A stretch of DNA of 64,000 nucleotides, taken from assembly GCA_008632985.1 (NCBI GenBank), contig QPGO01000086.1:248001-312000 (forward strand), given 5' to 3'. Numbering within the stretch: position 1 is the stretch's first letter; the number at the start of each line of letters is the position of its first letter. The notes beneath the pieces are model-generated. The model was not told where the DNA came from, ran no database searches, and saw nothing but the letters and a program-made list of their open reading frames with translations. The stretch is from Psammoneis japonica. Lineage: Eukaryota. This document shows, in pieces, positions 38,310 to 48,394 of the stretch. The translations under genes and the position numbers were made by a program.

Positions 38310-39578
38310 TCACTTTCGGCGGGATGACAACACATGACTTCCAAGGCCCAAAAGAATGCCAGTGACCAATCCTACGCCAAACATGACATGTTCATTATCG
38401 ACACTCCTCTTCTTGCCGACGATTCCACCAGCCAAATACTTTTGTTCGTATAACGTTTTCGCTGCCTTGTGGACACCCCTCACTCCCAAATTTTCCGTCA
38501 GAACAGCAAACAGCGGCACTTTTTCTAGCAAGGGTTTCAAGCGGCTCTTGTTCATGTAGGCAATCATGAATTCCGTTTCCGAGCCGCGTATAAACTCCAT
38601 ATTTTTGGGAGTCAATCCTCCCGTCACAAACAAACCACCGGTGGGAATGAATTTAATGGCGGCATTACCACACTCTCCGCCGTATGCGGTCATCATGATT
38701 TTCATGGCTTGTCGAAACAAGGAATCTCCGCTGGTATGGGCATTGACTCCAACCACTGCACCCTGTTCGTCACCGGCATAAAGGAATTCCTGATGTATAT
38801 CTGTTTGAATCATTTCAGGATTGGTATGAGCCAAGAATTCGTACACACTCGCCAAGCCCTTGCCGGATACCACCCGTTCTAACGAGACGCGGTTCTTGCC
38901 ACCGTGTTTGTCCATGAGGTACTTCCACAATTCGACTTCGTGGTCATTGTGCGGCGCGTACTCGACGTGTCCACCCTCACTGGCAAAGCATTGATACAGC
39001 GAGTCGTCGTCGGGATACGGCGTTAAGTAACACTCGCCCAATCCCGTACCAGCACCGACACAGACTTTGGGTCCCTTGAGATGTTGCAAATTCTCCAACG
39101 CGTTGGGCGGTCCGTAGAGTAATTCGACTTCATCTTGATGTAACGTGAGACAACCGTATCCCTGGGCCACGAAATCATTAATAACTTCACAAAGCACAAT
39201 GCGGTTTAGATAGGGGTCACTCTGTTCGTTTTGAATCAACGAACCATCCACCAGCAAGTTCCCTAAGTTCGTCATGTTCACGCGATTGTCTTGTACGAAT
39301 CCTGCTGTTGCCAAACAGACCACAATATCGGAATTATCCAAATCATCTAGGTCCTCGATGGAAGTCCAGCAGTACTGTAAGAACGGTGCCACAATGCGCT
39401 TGGAAAAGGCCGTTGGTTCTGTACGGATTTCTTCCGGAATATCAATCTCGTTGCGGTACTTTTTGAATGCTAGAGGTTTATCGGAATCGCAAGGTGAATT
39501 CGCCGCATACAACGACATGCGAGAATTCGTCCCACCAATATCACCCGTCAACAAATACACTGATTTCTTCTTTCTCAT
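38310..39578 (-). CDS. glk: Glucokinase (bacterial-type Glk family) with C-terminal hydrophobic tail
   Basis: Motifs GDIGGTNSR, INDFVAQGYG, GAGTGLGE, SEGGH, VSLERVVSGKGL and GGLFVTGG. Confidence 0.9.
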   Translation of the reverse strand: MRKKKSVYLLTGDIGGTNSRMSLYAANSPCDSDKPLAFKKYRNEIDIPEEIRTEPTAFSKRIVAPFLQYCWTSIEDLDDLDNSDIVVCLATAGFVQDNRVNMTNLGNLLVDGSLIQNEQSDPYLNRIVLCEVINDFVAQGYGCLTLHQDEVELLYGPPNALENLQHLKGPKVCVGAGTGLGECYLTPYPDDDSLYQCFASEGGHVEYAPHNDHEVELWKYLMDKHGGKNRVSLERVVSGKGLASVYEFLAHTNPEMIQTDIHQEFLYAGDEQGAVVGVNAHTSGDSLFRQAMKIMMTAYGGECGNAAIKFIPTGGLFVTGGLTPKNMEFIRGSETEFMIAYMNKSRLKPLLEKVPLFAVLTENLGVRGVHKAAKTLYEQKYLAGGIVGKKRSVDNEHVMFGVGLVTGILLGLGSHVLSSRRK

Positions 39579-39959
39579 GATGGATGGATGCTTCACAACA
39601 ACAATGAGCAAACGGTGAAGTGTGAGAGGTGAGACACCATGGGCGGCGGCACATTATCCCCAGCGTTCGGAGATAATTTTATACCAGCAAATTACGTAGA
39701 AATCTACAAAAATTGTCCGTAGTACATTTCTAAGTAATTTTTCTCGTAACGACCGACGCGACCTCTGTCTCCCCCCCAGACTTTTTCGCACAAATCAAGC
39801 CATTTCGAAAAAAAAAAAAAAAAACACATAAAAATGGTGGCTGGATTGCGTTCAAGTTTGTGCAGTTTTTGTGCGACGCTCTGTTTGAGAGGATAACCAG
39901 GTCTTCCGGGACAATTTTTGGGTTTTTCTTTGCTCCAGTGGTGAGAGTCAAATTTCCTG

Positions 39960-41710
39960 CCGTGTGTCATCTGTTTTGGTGTGTTTGTTGATGCAGGGTT
40001 GTTTGTCAACAAAAGTTGGCACTCGCTCTTCCAGTGATGTTTGTTTGAGCATCAAGAGCTTTTGGCTCCTTGTTGCACCAGCACAATGCCAGCATTTTGA
40101 GCCAGCTTGAGACAACCAAAAGCACCTTGAAAAGGCAAAAGATGCAGTGGATGCAAAAGTCAAGTGTGCCGGCACACCCCCACTTGTGAGCATGCTGGCA
40201 TTTCTGAGACTGGGTCCATTGAGAGTGTCCTGCACTGCAATGCCATGCACCCTTGCCCACCAAACACAGCACAAAGCAGATTGCCAGCAACTGGCCTTGC
40301 TCCCCACAGCACAAAATGAGTTGCCGGCAACTTGCTGCTTTCAGCAAGCACAAACTTGCCCCCCTCAGCACAAGGTGGGTTGCCAGCAACCTGCTGCCTG
40401 CACTGCAGCAAGTGCTTGTGGCAGAACTGACACAATTTGCTGTGCTCATTTCATTGGCTGTTTGACAAACACCATGCACAGCAGCACCATTTTTCTCTGT
40501 CATTTGCAACAAACCTTGCCTCTCAGAGAACTCTCTTGAGGGCCATGCTGATGAGCTGTGTTCACTTTGCTGTTCCCCCCTGGGATCTTCTGCCAGTGGT
40601 GACAACACGGCTGCACCAAAAATTTGGCCTTGCTCGAACAAGGAGAGCTGACAAGTGAGATTCATGTGAAGTGTGCTTGTCTGTCATGCAGCGGAAGATG
40701 ACCTTGGCATGCTGCATGTTCCAGCCTCAATGTGGGCTCTCTGCATGACACAGGCTCACAGAACTGGTGTGTGCAAGAAGCTCTGCAGCTGATGTGGTGG
40801 GCAATGGGCACGCTTGTCCTTGACATCTGAACAAACAACCACTTTGCAGCACCGCCACACTTTTTCACACTCAAAATGTTTGAAAGCATCTGCTTTTGCC
40901 AGCAGCGCAGCACCCCACAGACATTGAACACTCTTTGCATTGGAAAATTCCAAAAGTTGCTGAATGGATGACCCAATGATTGAGCCCCAAAAGCTGGGTG
41001 CAAAATTCACCCAAACTTGCTCAGAGACATGCAAGCACAGCATGTGGCACACATGATCAAAACACATTCATGTCACAGCCTGGTGCTGCAATGCCCCACC
41101 TGGAACTGAAGTGCCTCCCTTGTGAAGCTTCAATGGAAAGCCAAAATGCCAGCATCTTGTGGCTTCAAAATGCAGTGCACACAAACAGGAGGCCAGAGGC
41201 AGCACTGGTCTGTGGCACAGAAAACAATGTCAAGATTCTGACTGACATCCAAGATGGAGAGCGCACACTCCCTCATGTCACACAGACTGGCACAGATGTG
41301 CTGGAGAGATCCAATCATCTCTGCTTTGACATCCCCAGCTTTTTTTTCTTCTCCAGTGCATGATTGTTGCCATCTGTCCCAGACGTTGTTAGATTGTCCC
41401 AATGCCAGCAGTCCGCAAGGTTCCACAAGAGAAAATCTGACAATGACCAAAATGAGACTGTGGGCTTGCTTCTTGGCTCACAAAACAATGGAGAGCAGCA
41501 GCAGCAGGCTGCTGCAAAAGAGGGCGTGGTGTTTGCAAGGTCCCGCCACCTGGGTGCCTCAGGCCTGTGAGAGCCAGAAAAGTCAACAAGCACCGGGAAA
41601 AACTCCCTGCAAACTGGCAACTGTGATGACATGAACACTGGGGCAAGAAAGAGTGAGCAGATCTTGGATGGAGACCTGCTGAGCTGTCCAAACTTGTGGC
41701 ACCCATCGCC
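39960..41710. repeat. TpA-depleted decayed repeat block into which the gypsy element inserted (continues ~44970..46110)
   Basis: Near-total absence of TA; Tyr-free overlapping ORFs; family not identified. Confidence 0.65.
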
Positions 41711-41714
41711 CATT

Positions 41715-42146
41715 TGCAGCATGCCTCGCTGCTGGACAACACGGCGAGACCGTGCATGAGCCTCTTGCACGTGGCAACGCAGCATTGTCAACACGCACCT
41801 GGGAAGCACGACCACAGGAGGGCGTGGCTCTGGGTCTCAGGCAATTCCAGAAGGATGCCAAGAGAGCATCCGTGTGAAGCACACTGGCCCGTCATCTGGC
41901 CCACGATGGCAGCGTGATTCCACACGATGACATCACTCATGCATGGCACGTGATGGCTTGATTCGCACGATCCACAATGCGAACGCACGATCGATTTGAT
42001 GTGATCCAAATGCGAACAAATGGGGATTTGGCAAGATTCCCTGTTCGCACGATCCCATTTTCTCTGCTCTAAACTGGCTCACAATTTTCACAACGACAAA
42101 GTCGCAACACATCTTCTTTTTCAGCGCCTGGTGCACACACAGGGCA
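41715..42146 (+). repeat. 5' LTR (432 bp), TpA-mutated
   Basis: Aligns end to end with 44526..44961 apart from a 4-bp indel and transition-dominated changes. Confidence 0.92.
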
Positions 42147-42240
42147 CAGCAATGTCACTCCCGCATGTTGTGCGAGGTGACGAAATCTGCAGAAACGAAA
42201 CTGCGAAATGTTGGCAGGACCGACAAATCTTAAAACGACC

Positions 42241-43283
42241 ATGAAGAAGCGGACTGAGCCACCGATTCCGTTCGCACGGCCGGAGAAGAAAGAGCTGCAG
42301 CAGGGCGAGTGCCAGACATTCAAGCTGCGTGACAACCCCACTGATCCGGATGGTCCAACACACGAGATGGGCATTCCGCACCTTTCCACGGCTGCATGCG
42401 AGACACTCCTGATCTTTCTGCGCAACGTGGATCGCGTGCATGAAGGACAAAACATCACGACCGGGCCAGTGAAATTTGCCCTCATGCGTGACCTGCCACA
42501 GGGCGATGCTCTGACGTCATTTGACAATGCCGCTGACAAGCAGGCATCCCAACCAATGCCACATGCGCAGCATGCGTCGCGAAGCTAAAGGAAAGTGTCT
42601 TCCCACACAGGGCGGCACTGTTGCAGAAGCGTCATCTGAGGCGCTTCATGCGCAAGCCCGCAGAGGTTTCCACTTGTGACTGCGTTGCAAGGGCTGTTGA
42701 AATTAACGGCTGCATCTCTCAGTTTCCACCTGTGATGGAGGATGGAGAAGCACCGGCACCATTGCCCAACGACGAACTGCGCAACATGTTCGAGTGCGGT
42801 GTGCCGAGCGCATGGCAGAAGTTCATGACGCTGCAGAATTTTGACCCGTTGGCGCATGCTGTCACCGAATTTGTGCAGTTCTGCGAGCGCATCGAGCAGG
42901 TCGAGCTTGCCGAAAGCAACCTGGACCAACACACTGAGGTTCCACGCAAGCGGGGACGTAGAACGGACAATCCTGAGTCGTTGATCACGACCCAACGGAG
43001 CACCCAGAAGTCGTGTGTGCTGCACGGGACTGACTGTGGACATCATGCGGAGGATTGCCGTCAGCTCAAGCACCACGTGAAACGTGTCAAGACTGGACAT
43101 TCCAACAACGGAGGCAGCAAACCTGATGCAAAACCTCGGAATGAGGAAGACATTGATGCTCTCATCGGATCGAAGGTCGAGGAGTTCTTTGCCAACGCTC
43201 AGAAAAAGTGCAAGGCACGCGAGGAGGAGCTTGATCACTTCCGCGACCTCAGCTTGAGTGACTCCAAAGATTCGGACACCTGA
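42241..43283 (+). pseudogene. gypsy gag, frameshifted, Tyr-free
   Basis: KLRDNPTDPDGPTHEM, QKRHLRRFMRKP, LPNDELRNMFECGVP..W, C.LHG...HHAEDC zinc knuckle. Confidence 0.8.
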
Positions 43284-43319
43284 GAAGGGGGCCGACACGA
43301 CACAGGTGGTTTTGGTGCA

Positions 43320-44486
43320 TTGGATGAATGCACAAATGAACAACTGAATCACCATCGTACACGTGTTGTGGGCCAACCCCGCAAACGAGTTAAAAAGACT
43401 CATCTCACTCCAATCTTGTTCATAGCTGTGAATGCCAAACATGGCAAGGGCAAGACTCAAACCATTAAGGCACTGCTAGATAGTGGCGCCAGCAGTGCTC
43501 TACTCGACAGTCGACACTGTAAACGTCTGCGAAGCCATTCAACGGCTGAAACAAACTGTACTACGGTAGCAGGCTCGTTCAGTACGTCTAACGACTGTAC
43601 CGTTAAATTTCGGTTACCAGAATTATGCGAAACTGCAGAACTTAAACATACCGTCCACGTACACAACGGAAAGTTGGGCAAGTACGATATGATTATTGGA
43701 CGTGACATTCTGGAGACACAAGGCATTGATATTGTCTTCTCTAAACAGATGATAGAGTGGCCATTAGTCAATGGAGAAGTACCAATGAGGCACGTCGATG
43801 CTACGGTAGAAACCTCCTTCTATCTTCAAGATCCAGAAGCCTTATCTTCGGAAACCGACCGGATTTCGCGTATTTTAGACGCTAAGTACGCGCCGTGGCC
43901 AACCCAGGTGGTTTATGACCGTGGGACAGAATTTATGGCAGAATTTAGCCAGATGATTAAAAATGACTATGGGATTTTGAAGAAACCCATAAGTAAACGG
44001 AATCCACAGGCGAATGCCATAGTGGAACGTGTACACCAGACACTTGGTAACATGGTACGTTCCTTTTCAGTACAGGATATGGAACTGGACGAAGATGACC
44101 CATGGAGTGGCATCCTCTCCGCAGTAGCCTTCGCTATTAGAGCTACGGTACATACGACCACGCGTGCAAGTCCCATGCAATTGGTCTTCGGACGCGATGC
44201 GGTTTTATCTATTGCCTATCGTGCTAAGTGGAAGTACATAGAAACCAGAAAGCAGAAGCTTATCCACTTAAACAACAAGCGTGAAAATCAGAAACGCAAG
44301 GAGTATCAATATACCGTAGGGCAATTGGTACTTATCAAACAGGAACAATCCTCTAAATACGGTTCTGACAGCTATGCAGGACCCGCCAGAGTTGTCCGTG
44401 TATATGACAACGGCACGTTGCGTGTCCAGAACGGAGCGCTGATAGATACGTACAATCTACGGCAGATTGTACCCTATCACCAGTAA
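43320..44486 (+). CDS. Deleted gypsy pol: aspartic protease fused in frame to the C-terminal half of integrase
   Basis: ALLDSGASS, YDMIIGRDIL, then ILDAKYAP joined directly to WPTQVVYDRGTEF; SPMQLVFGRD; GPA/GPY-like motif. Confidence 0.8.
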   Translation: MDECTNEQLNHHRTRVVGQPRKRVKKTHLTPILFIAVNAKHGKGKTQTIKALLDSGASSALLDSRHCKRLRSHSTAETNCTTVAGSFSTSNDCTVKFRLPELCETAELKHTVHVHNGKLGKYDMIIGRDILETQGIDIVFSKQMIEWPLVNGEVPMRHVDATVETSFYLQDPEALSSETDRISRILDAKYAPWPTQVVYDRGTEFMAEFSQMIKNDYGILKKPISKRNPQANAIVERVHQTLGNMVRSFSVQDMELDEDDPWSGILSAVAFAIRATVHTTTRASPMQLVFGRDAVLSIAYRAKWKYIETRKQKLIHLNNKRENQKRKEYQYTVGQLVLIKQEQSSKYGSDSYAGPARVVRVYDNGTLRVQNGALIDTYNLRQIVPYHQ

Positions 44487-44525
44487 GACATCCTGTCACT
44501 TAACGGCCCTGATCATGGGGGAGTG

Positions 44526-44961
44526 TGCAGTATGCCTCGCTACTGGACAACACGGCGAGACCGTGCATAAGCCTCTTGTACGTGGCAACGTAGTATTGTT
44601 AACACGTACCTGGGAAGCACGACCACAGGAGGGCGTGGCTCTAGGTCTTCGGCAATTCCAGAAGGATGCTAAGAGAGCATCCGTGCGTGTGAAGCACACT
44701 AGCCCGTCGTCTGGCCCACGATGGTAGCGTGATTCCACACGATGACATCACTCGTGCATAGCGCGTGATGGCTTGATTCGCACGATCCATAATGCGAACG
44801 CACGATCGATTTGATACGATCCAAATGCGAACGAATAGGGATTTGGCAAGATTCCCTATTCGCACGATCCCATTTTCTTTACTCTAAACTAGCTCATAAT
44901 TTTCACAACGACAAAGTCGTAACACATCTTCTTTTTCAGCGCCTGGTGCATACACAGGGCA
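44526..44961 (+). repeat. 3' LTR (436 bp), TpA retained
   Basis: Follows the PPT; contains 23 TA dinucleotides by hand count. Confidence 0.92.
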
Positions 44962-46117
44962 CATTGCCATGGTGTCTGCCAGGCTACAAACAGCAGACAT
45001 GGTCAAAATGACAAGCCCAACAGAAAAATGACACAGACAGAACACCAGACTGTTTGTCAAAAAGAATGTCTTGCTTTGCCTCTTGTTGTGTTCTTGCTTT
45101 GAGCTCTTGTTCTTGTGACAATGTCGTGCCAAGGTGGCTCAACAAAAATGTGAACAAATGACAGGTGTGCCAGCAGATGCAATGGATGCACTGCCACTCT
45201 GGCCACTGAGCTGGCTGCCAGAGAGTGCTGGAGAGTGCTGGCAAGTGGATGGCGGGGAGGCTTTGAGAGCAACAACAAGCACGCATGCATTGTGCAATCA
45301 TTGCCAACGGTGCTCACGTGAGTCATCAGGCATCACACGCCAACTCCTTTTCACTGGCCACCCGGGCAAGTGATGTCAAAGTTTTGTTTGTGAGCGAGTG
45401 AGTGACAGTGTCCAGGTCACAACAGGAGTTCACACGTGTGCAAGATGTGATGAGTTTGCATCGATTTTTACAAGAGTTGTCAGGAACTGACATGACAGTT
45501 TGTCACGGAGCATCCGGGCTGCAACAGGAATTCGCAGATCCTGCATGTGCAACACATGGCAAATTTACATTGATTTGACTGTCACACACAATGACTTGTT
45601 GCCCTTTTGCACATGAGCTGTGCAGCACACATGCATCTTAGACTGACGGTTGATTCACGTGACCTTGTTCTGACAGAGCCAGCCAGCCGGTGCTGCACAC
45701 CAACCCCTGTGGCATTCTGCATCACACACCAGAACTTTCAATTGTTTGCAGACACCGGTGTGTCATTGAAAATTGACAACCACTGATTTTTTGCTTGTGA
45801 CATGACCACAATGACACACTCTGTTGCACAAGTTTGGGCCCCACCCCGGAACAGTTGCCAAGCCATTTGGGCACAGCTGTGTCAACGAGATGCTTGTGGA
45901 ACACACACATCTCATTGGCTTGGCAATTCTTCATGGTTCGCAAATGAACAATGGCAAAGGTCTCATGTGTTGTTTCATTCATGCACTTGGCATCAATCCC
46001 AGTGGAAAACCTGCGCAGGCTTGCTCTGAGCTGCAAGCGCGCATGCATGCTGATGACCTTGTCCAGTCTTGCCATGGTCAGTGCCCCCCCTGAAGGGCTT
46101 GTTTTTCATGCACTGCC

Positions 46118-46825
46118 AGCTGCTTTAAATGTCACCACCTGCTTGCTCCACAACATGATGAGGGGCTTTTGTTTTCTTTTGGCATTTCTCTTTGTGTCAC
46201 AGTTCTTTGCTTCTTTGCAATTTCACCAAATGCAAGTGGCTCAACAACATCCCAGAGAGTGTTTTTAACTCACGTCAAATTCTGTTGATGTGTTGAACAA
46301 CACAGTTGTCAAACATCTTGTTGAACCATTTTTCCAAGGTGCTCAACAAAAATGCGCATCAAAGTTCTGTGTGGATGTGAATGTTCTCTCTCCCGTGAAT
46401 GAACACCATGAAAACCAGGGCCATCACAGAACTGATGCACACAAGAGGAGGACATCACCAATGAAGAAACGTTCTGCCTCATTGCTGAAACGAAACAATG
46501 GCTGTCAGGATCGGGATGATTGGCATGACAACATCACTGACTTGATCACACAGCATCAGGACAGAAACAGTGTGAGAGCCAATGTCCAACTTCCTCTGGG
46601 TTGGGGCAAAACATTGCTTGCTCTGGAGAGATGCTTGCAAGGTTGACCAAGGAAGGAGCAGGTCCCAATCAATCAAGAGTTCAGTCTGCAGTTTATGCAA
46701 CACTGAGGCTCACAATGGAAGACAAAATTTTCACTTCTTGAACAATTGAAAAAATGGGAGGGACATTGTGGGGTGCCATGGTGTCACAAGGAGGATGGGA
46801 CGAAACTTGGAAATTGGTCAGACAA
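46118..46825 (+). pseudogene. Second, internally deleted copy of the helicase-HA gene (5' region joined to one HA repeat)
   Basis: Aligns to ~35229..35794, then jumps to QWKTKFSLLEQLKKWEGHCGVPWCHKEDGTKLGNW. Confidence 0.85.
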
Positions 46826-47004
46826 GAGAGAGGAACAAAAGTTACGAGCGACGGTGTTCTTACATCATTATTTCTGACGACCGGTCAAAATGCTAATAAC
46901 ACATGGCTAGCTTCAAGTCGTTATTAAACCAATCTTTCATCATCTCTCCACATAGGACGCGACGACGTTCCTAGTAAAAAGGACTGGAGGTGCCAGAAGT
47001 TTCA

Positions 47005-47862
47005 TCACCAGTCTTCCTCGTTATATGTTTCCTCATCAGCTTGTCCTTTAGATAGCTTTGACATGGTTCCGCCAAACGCGGTCCCGTGATAGGCGTTGGC
47101 TCGACTGTTGCAAAGAGTTTTGTGCGTTGCGCTTTCACTGTCGTTCTCGTCGCTGTCTTGTTCATCCCTCCGACTCGACCCGACGATTTCCCACGCTACA
47201 AACTGACGCCTTAGCGACTTGATTGTTGTTTCATTTTGGAGCATTCTGACCAGTTCATGTTGCAGTTTGCCGTGGCGATAGCAAAACAAAGTTGGCAGAT
47301 TGGCGTCGGGCCAATTGGGTATCGCGCTTTTGGACGGGATTTCCACAAACTTGACGTGCGGATATTGATGGGCCATTTCATGTATAGACTTTTGAAGCAA
47401 TTGAGAAAGCACGTTTGAGCCAGACGTCAACACGACAATTGCCCAACATGCTCGACTGGATTCATTAACCTCGCGTGTCCATTCAGGTCGTGAAATAGTA
47501 ATGACATCTCCAAAGGTTGGAATCTTGTTTTGCTGCAAAGACTCTTGCTTCATTTCCGAGAGACGCATGGCACGGTATTTCTCTAAAAACTCGTCGTCAC
47601 TGTCTTGATACGAATCATCATCATCACTACTTGCAGAATTAACGTCGTCAACACGGCATATTGGCGTAGTTTCTGCTGATTGGTTATTGTGCTGCTCAAC
47701 CAATTGCCGAGCACGAGTCACGGATGCACCCTTTCCCACCAAGACTTGTTCCATATCCACAATGCCTCGTTTTATCAGTTCATCGTCAAATTCCGTAGTG
47801 CACCTGCTGAAACCAAACGATGGTTTGTCTGTCGCATAACTTGTGACGCCACGTCCCTCCAT
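47005..47862 (-). CDS. PDCL3: Phosducin-like protein (PhLP2/PDCL3/Plp2 type)
   Basis: TEFDDELIKRGI, FLEKYRAMRL.EMK, FG.V..ISRPEW..EV and VKFV.I....IPNWPD.NLPTLF.Y. Confidence 0.85.
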   Translation of the reverse strand: MEGRGVTSYATDKPSFGFSRCTTEFDDELIKRGIVDMEQVLVGKGASVTRARQLVEQHNNQSAETTPICRVDDVNSASSDDDDSYQDSDDEFLEKYRAMRLSEMKQESLQQNKIPTFGDVITISRPEWTREVNESSRACWAIVVLTSGSNVLSQLLQKSIHEMAHQYPHVKFVEIPSKSAIPNWPDANLPTLFCYRHGKLQHELVRMLQNETTIKSLRRQFVAWEIVGSSRRDEQDSDENDSESATHKTLCNSRANAYHGTAFGGTMSKLSKGQADEETYNEEDW

Positions 47863-48394
47863 TCTTGTGTGAGATACACTACCTATATTACTGCCTGAAT
47901 GGCACTCTCAAATCCCAAAATGTGACAATGATGGTTATTTAGAAAATGCAATGGTGCTGTGTGCTGTGTGCCTTACGTATGCGTCAGCGGAAGAAGCGGG
48001 CCATGGGCCATTGACCATTGCGATATCACGGCGTGGGTGTGCGATATTTTTTGGAAATTCAATCAAACTCTTAATCCTTGTATAAAATTTATAAAAGAGA
48101 GACCCGGAAATGGCTGTTTCGCTTTCCCGCACTTTTTTGCTTTGTACTCCTAAATGCCGAAGCTCGGCGATAATACACTTAGAACTTAGACTATGCATCG
48201 TCTCTGTATCATCAACTCATCGCCTATCGCCTTCTATCTGCAAATTGAAAAACTGGACGTCAGTTGATAAGCTGAGCAACGTAAAAGCATCACTCCCAAC
48301 AACTTTTGCTCAAGCAGACTGCTATTAGCACGAGAGCCTTCTGAGAACCATTATACTCGTAGATATTTTCATCATCATTATTTCCTCCTCATCG

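Larger units (their letters stand above)
41715..44961 (+). mobile_element. Ty3/gypsy LTR retrotransposon, internally deleted (no RT/RNase H), probable 4-bp TSD CATT
   Basis: LTRs at 41715..42146 and 44526..44961 (TG..CA). PPT catgggggagtg before the 3' LTR. Gag from ~42241, protease LLDSGAS, integrase YDRGTEF..NPQANAIVERVH. catt at 41711-41714 and 44962-44965. Confidence 0.92.

Noticed and set aside
41715..42146. CpG methylation decay as the sole explanation of TG/CA richness
   Set aside because: Only 5 CpG changes versus 22 of 23 TpA changes between the LTRs.
44526..44961. Classical fungal RIP (CA/TG->TA) acting on the 3' LTR
   Set aside because: The TA-containing half has an open pol frame and normal composition, while the TA-poor half has lost expected Tyr residues, so the direction is opposite.
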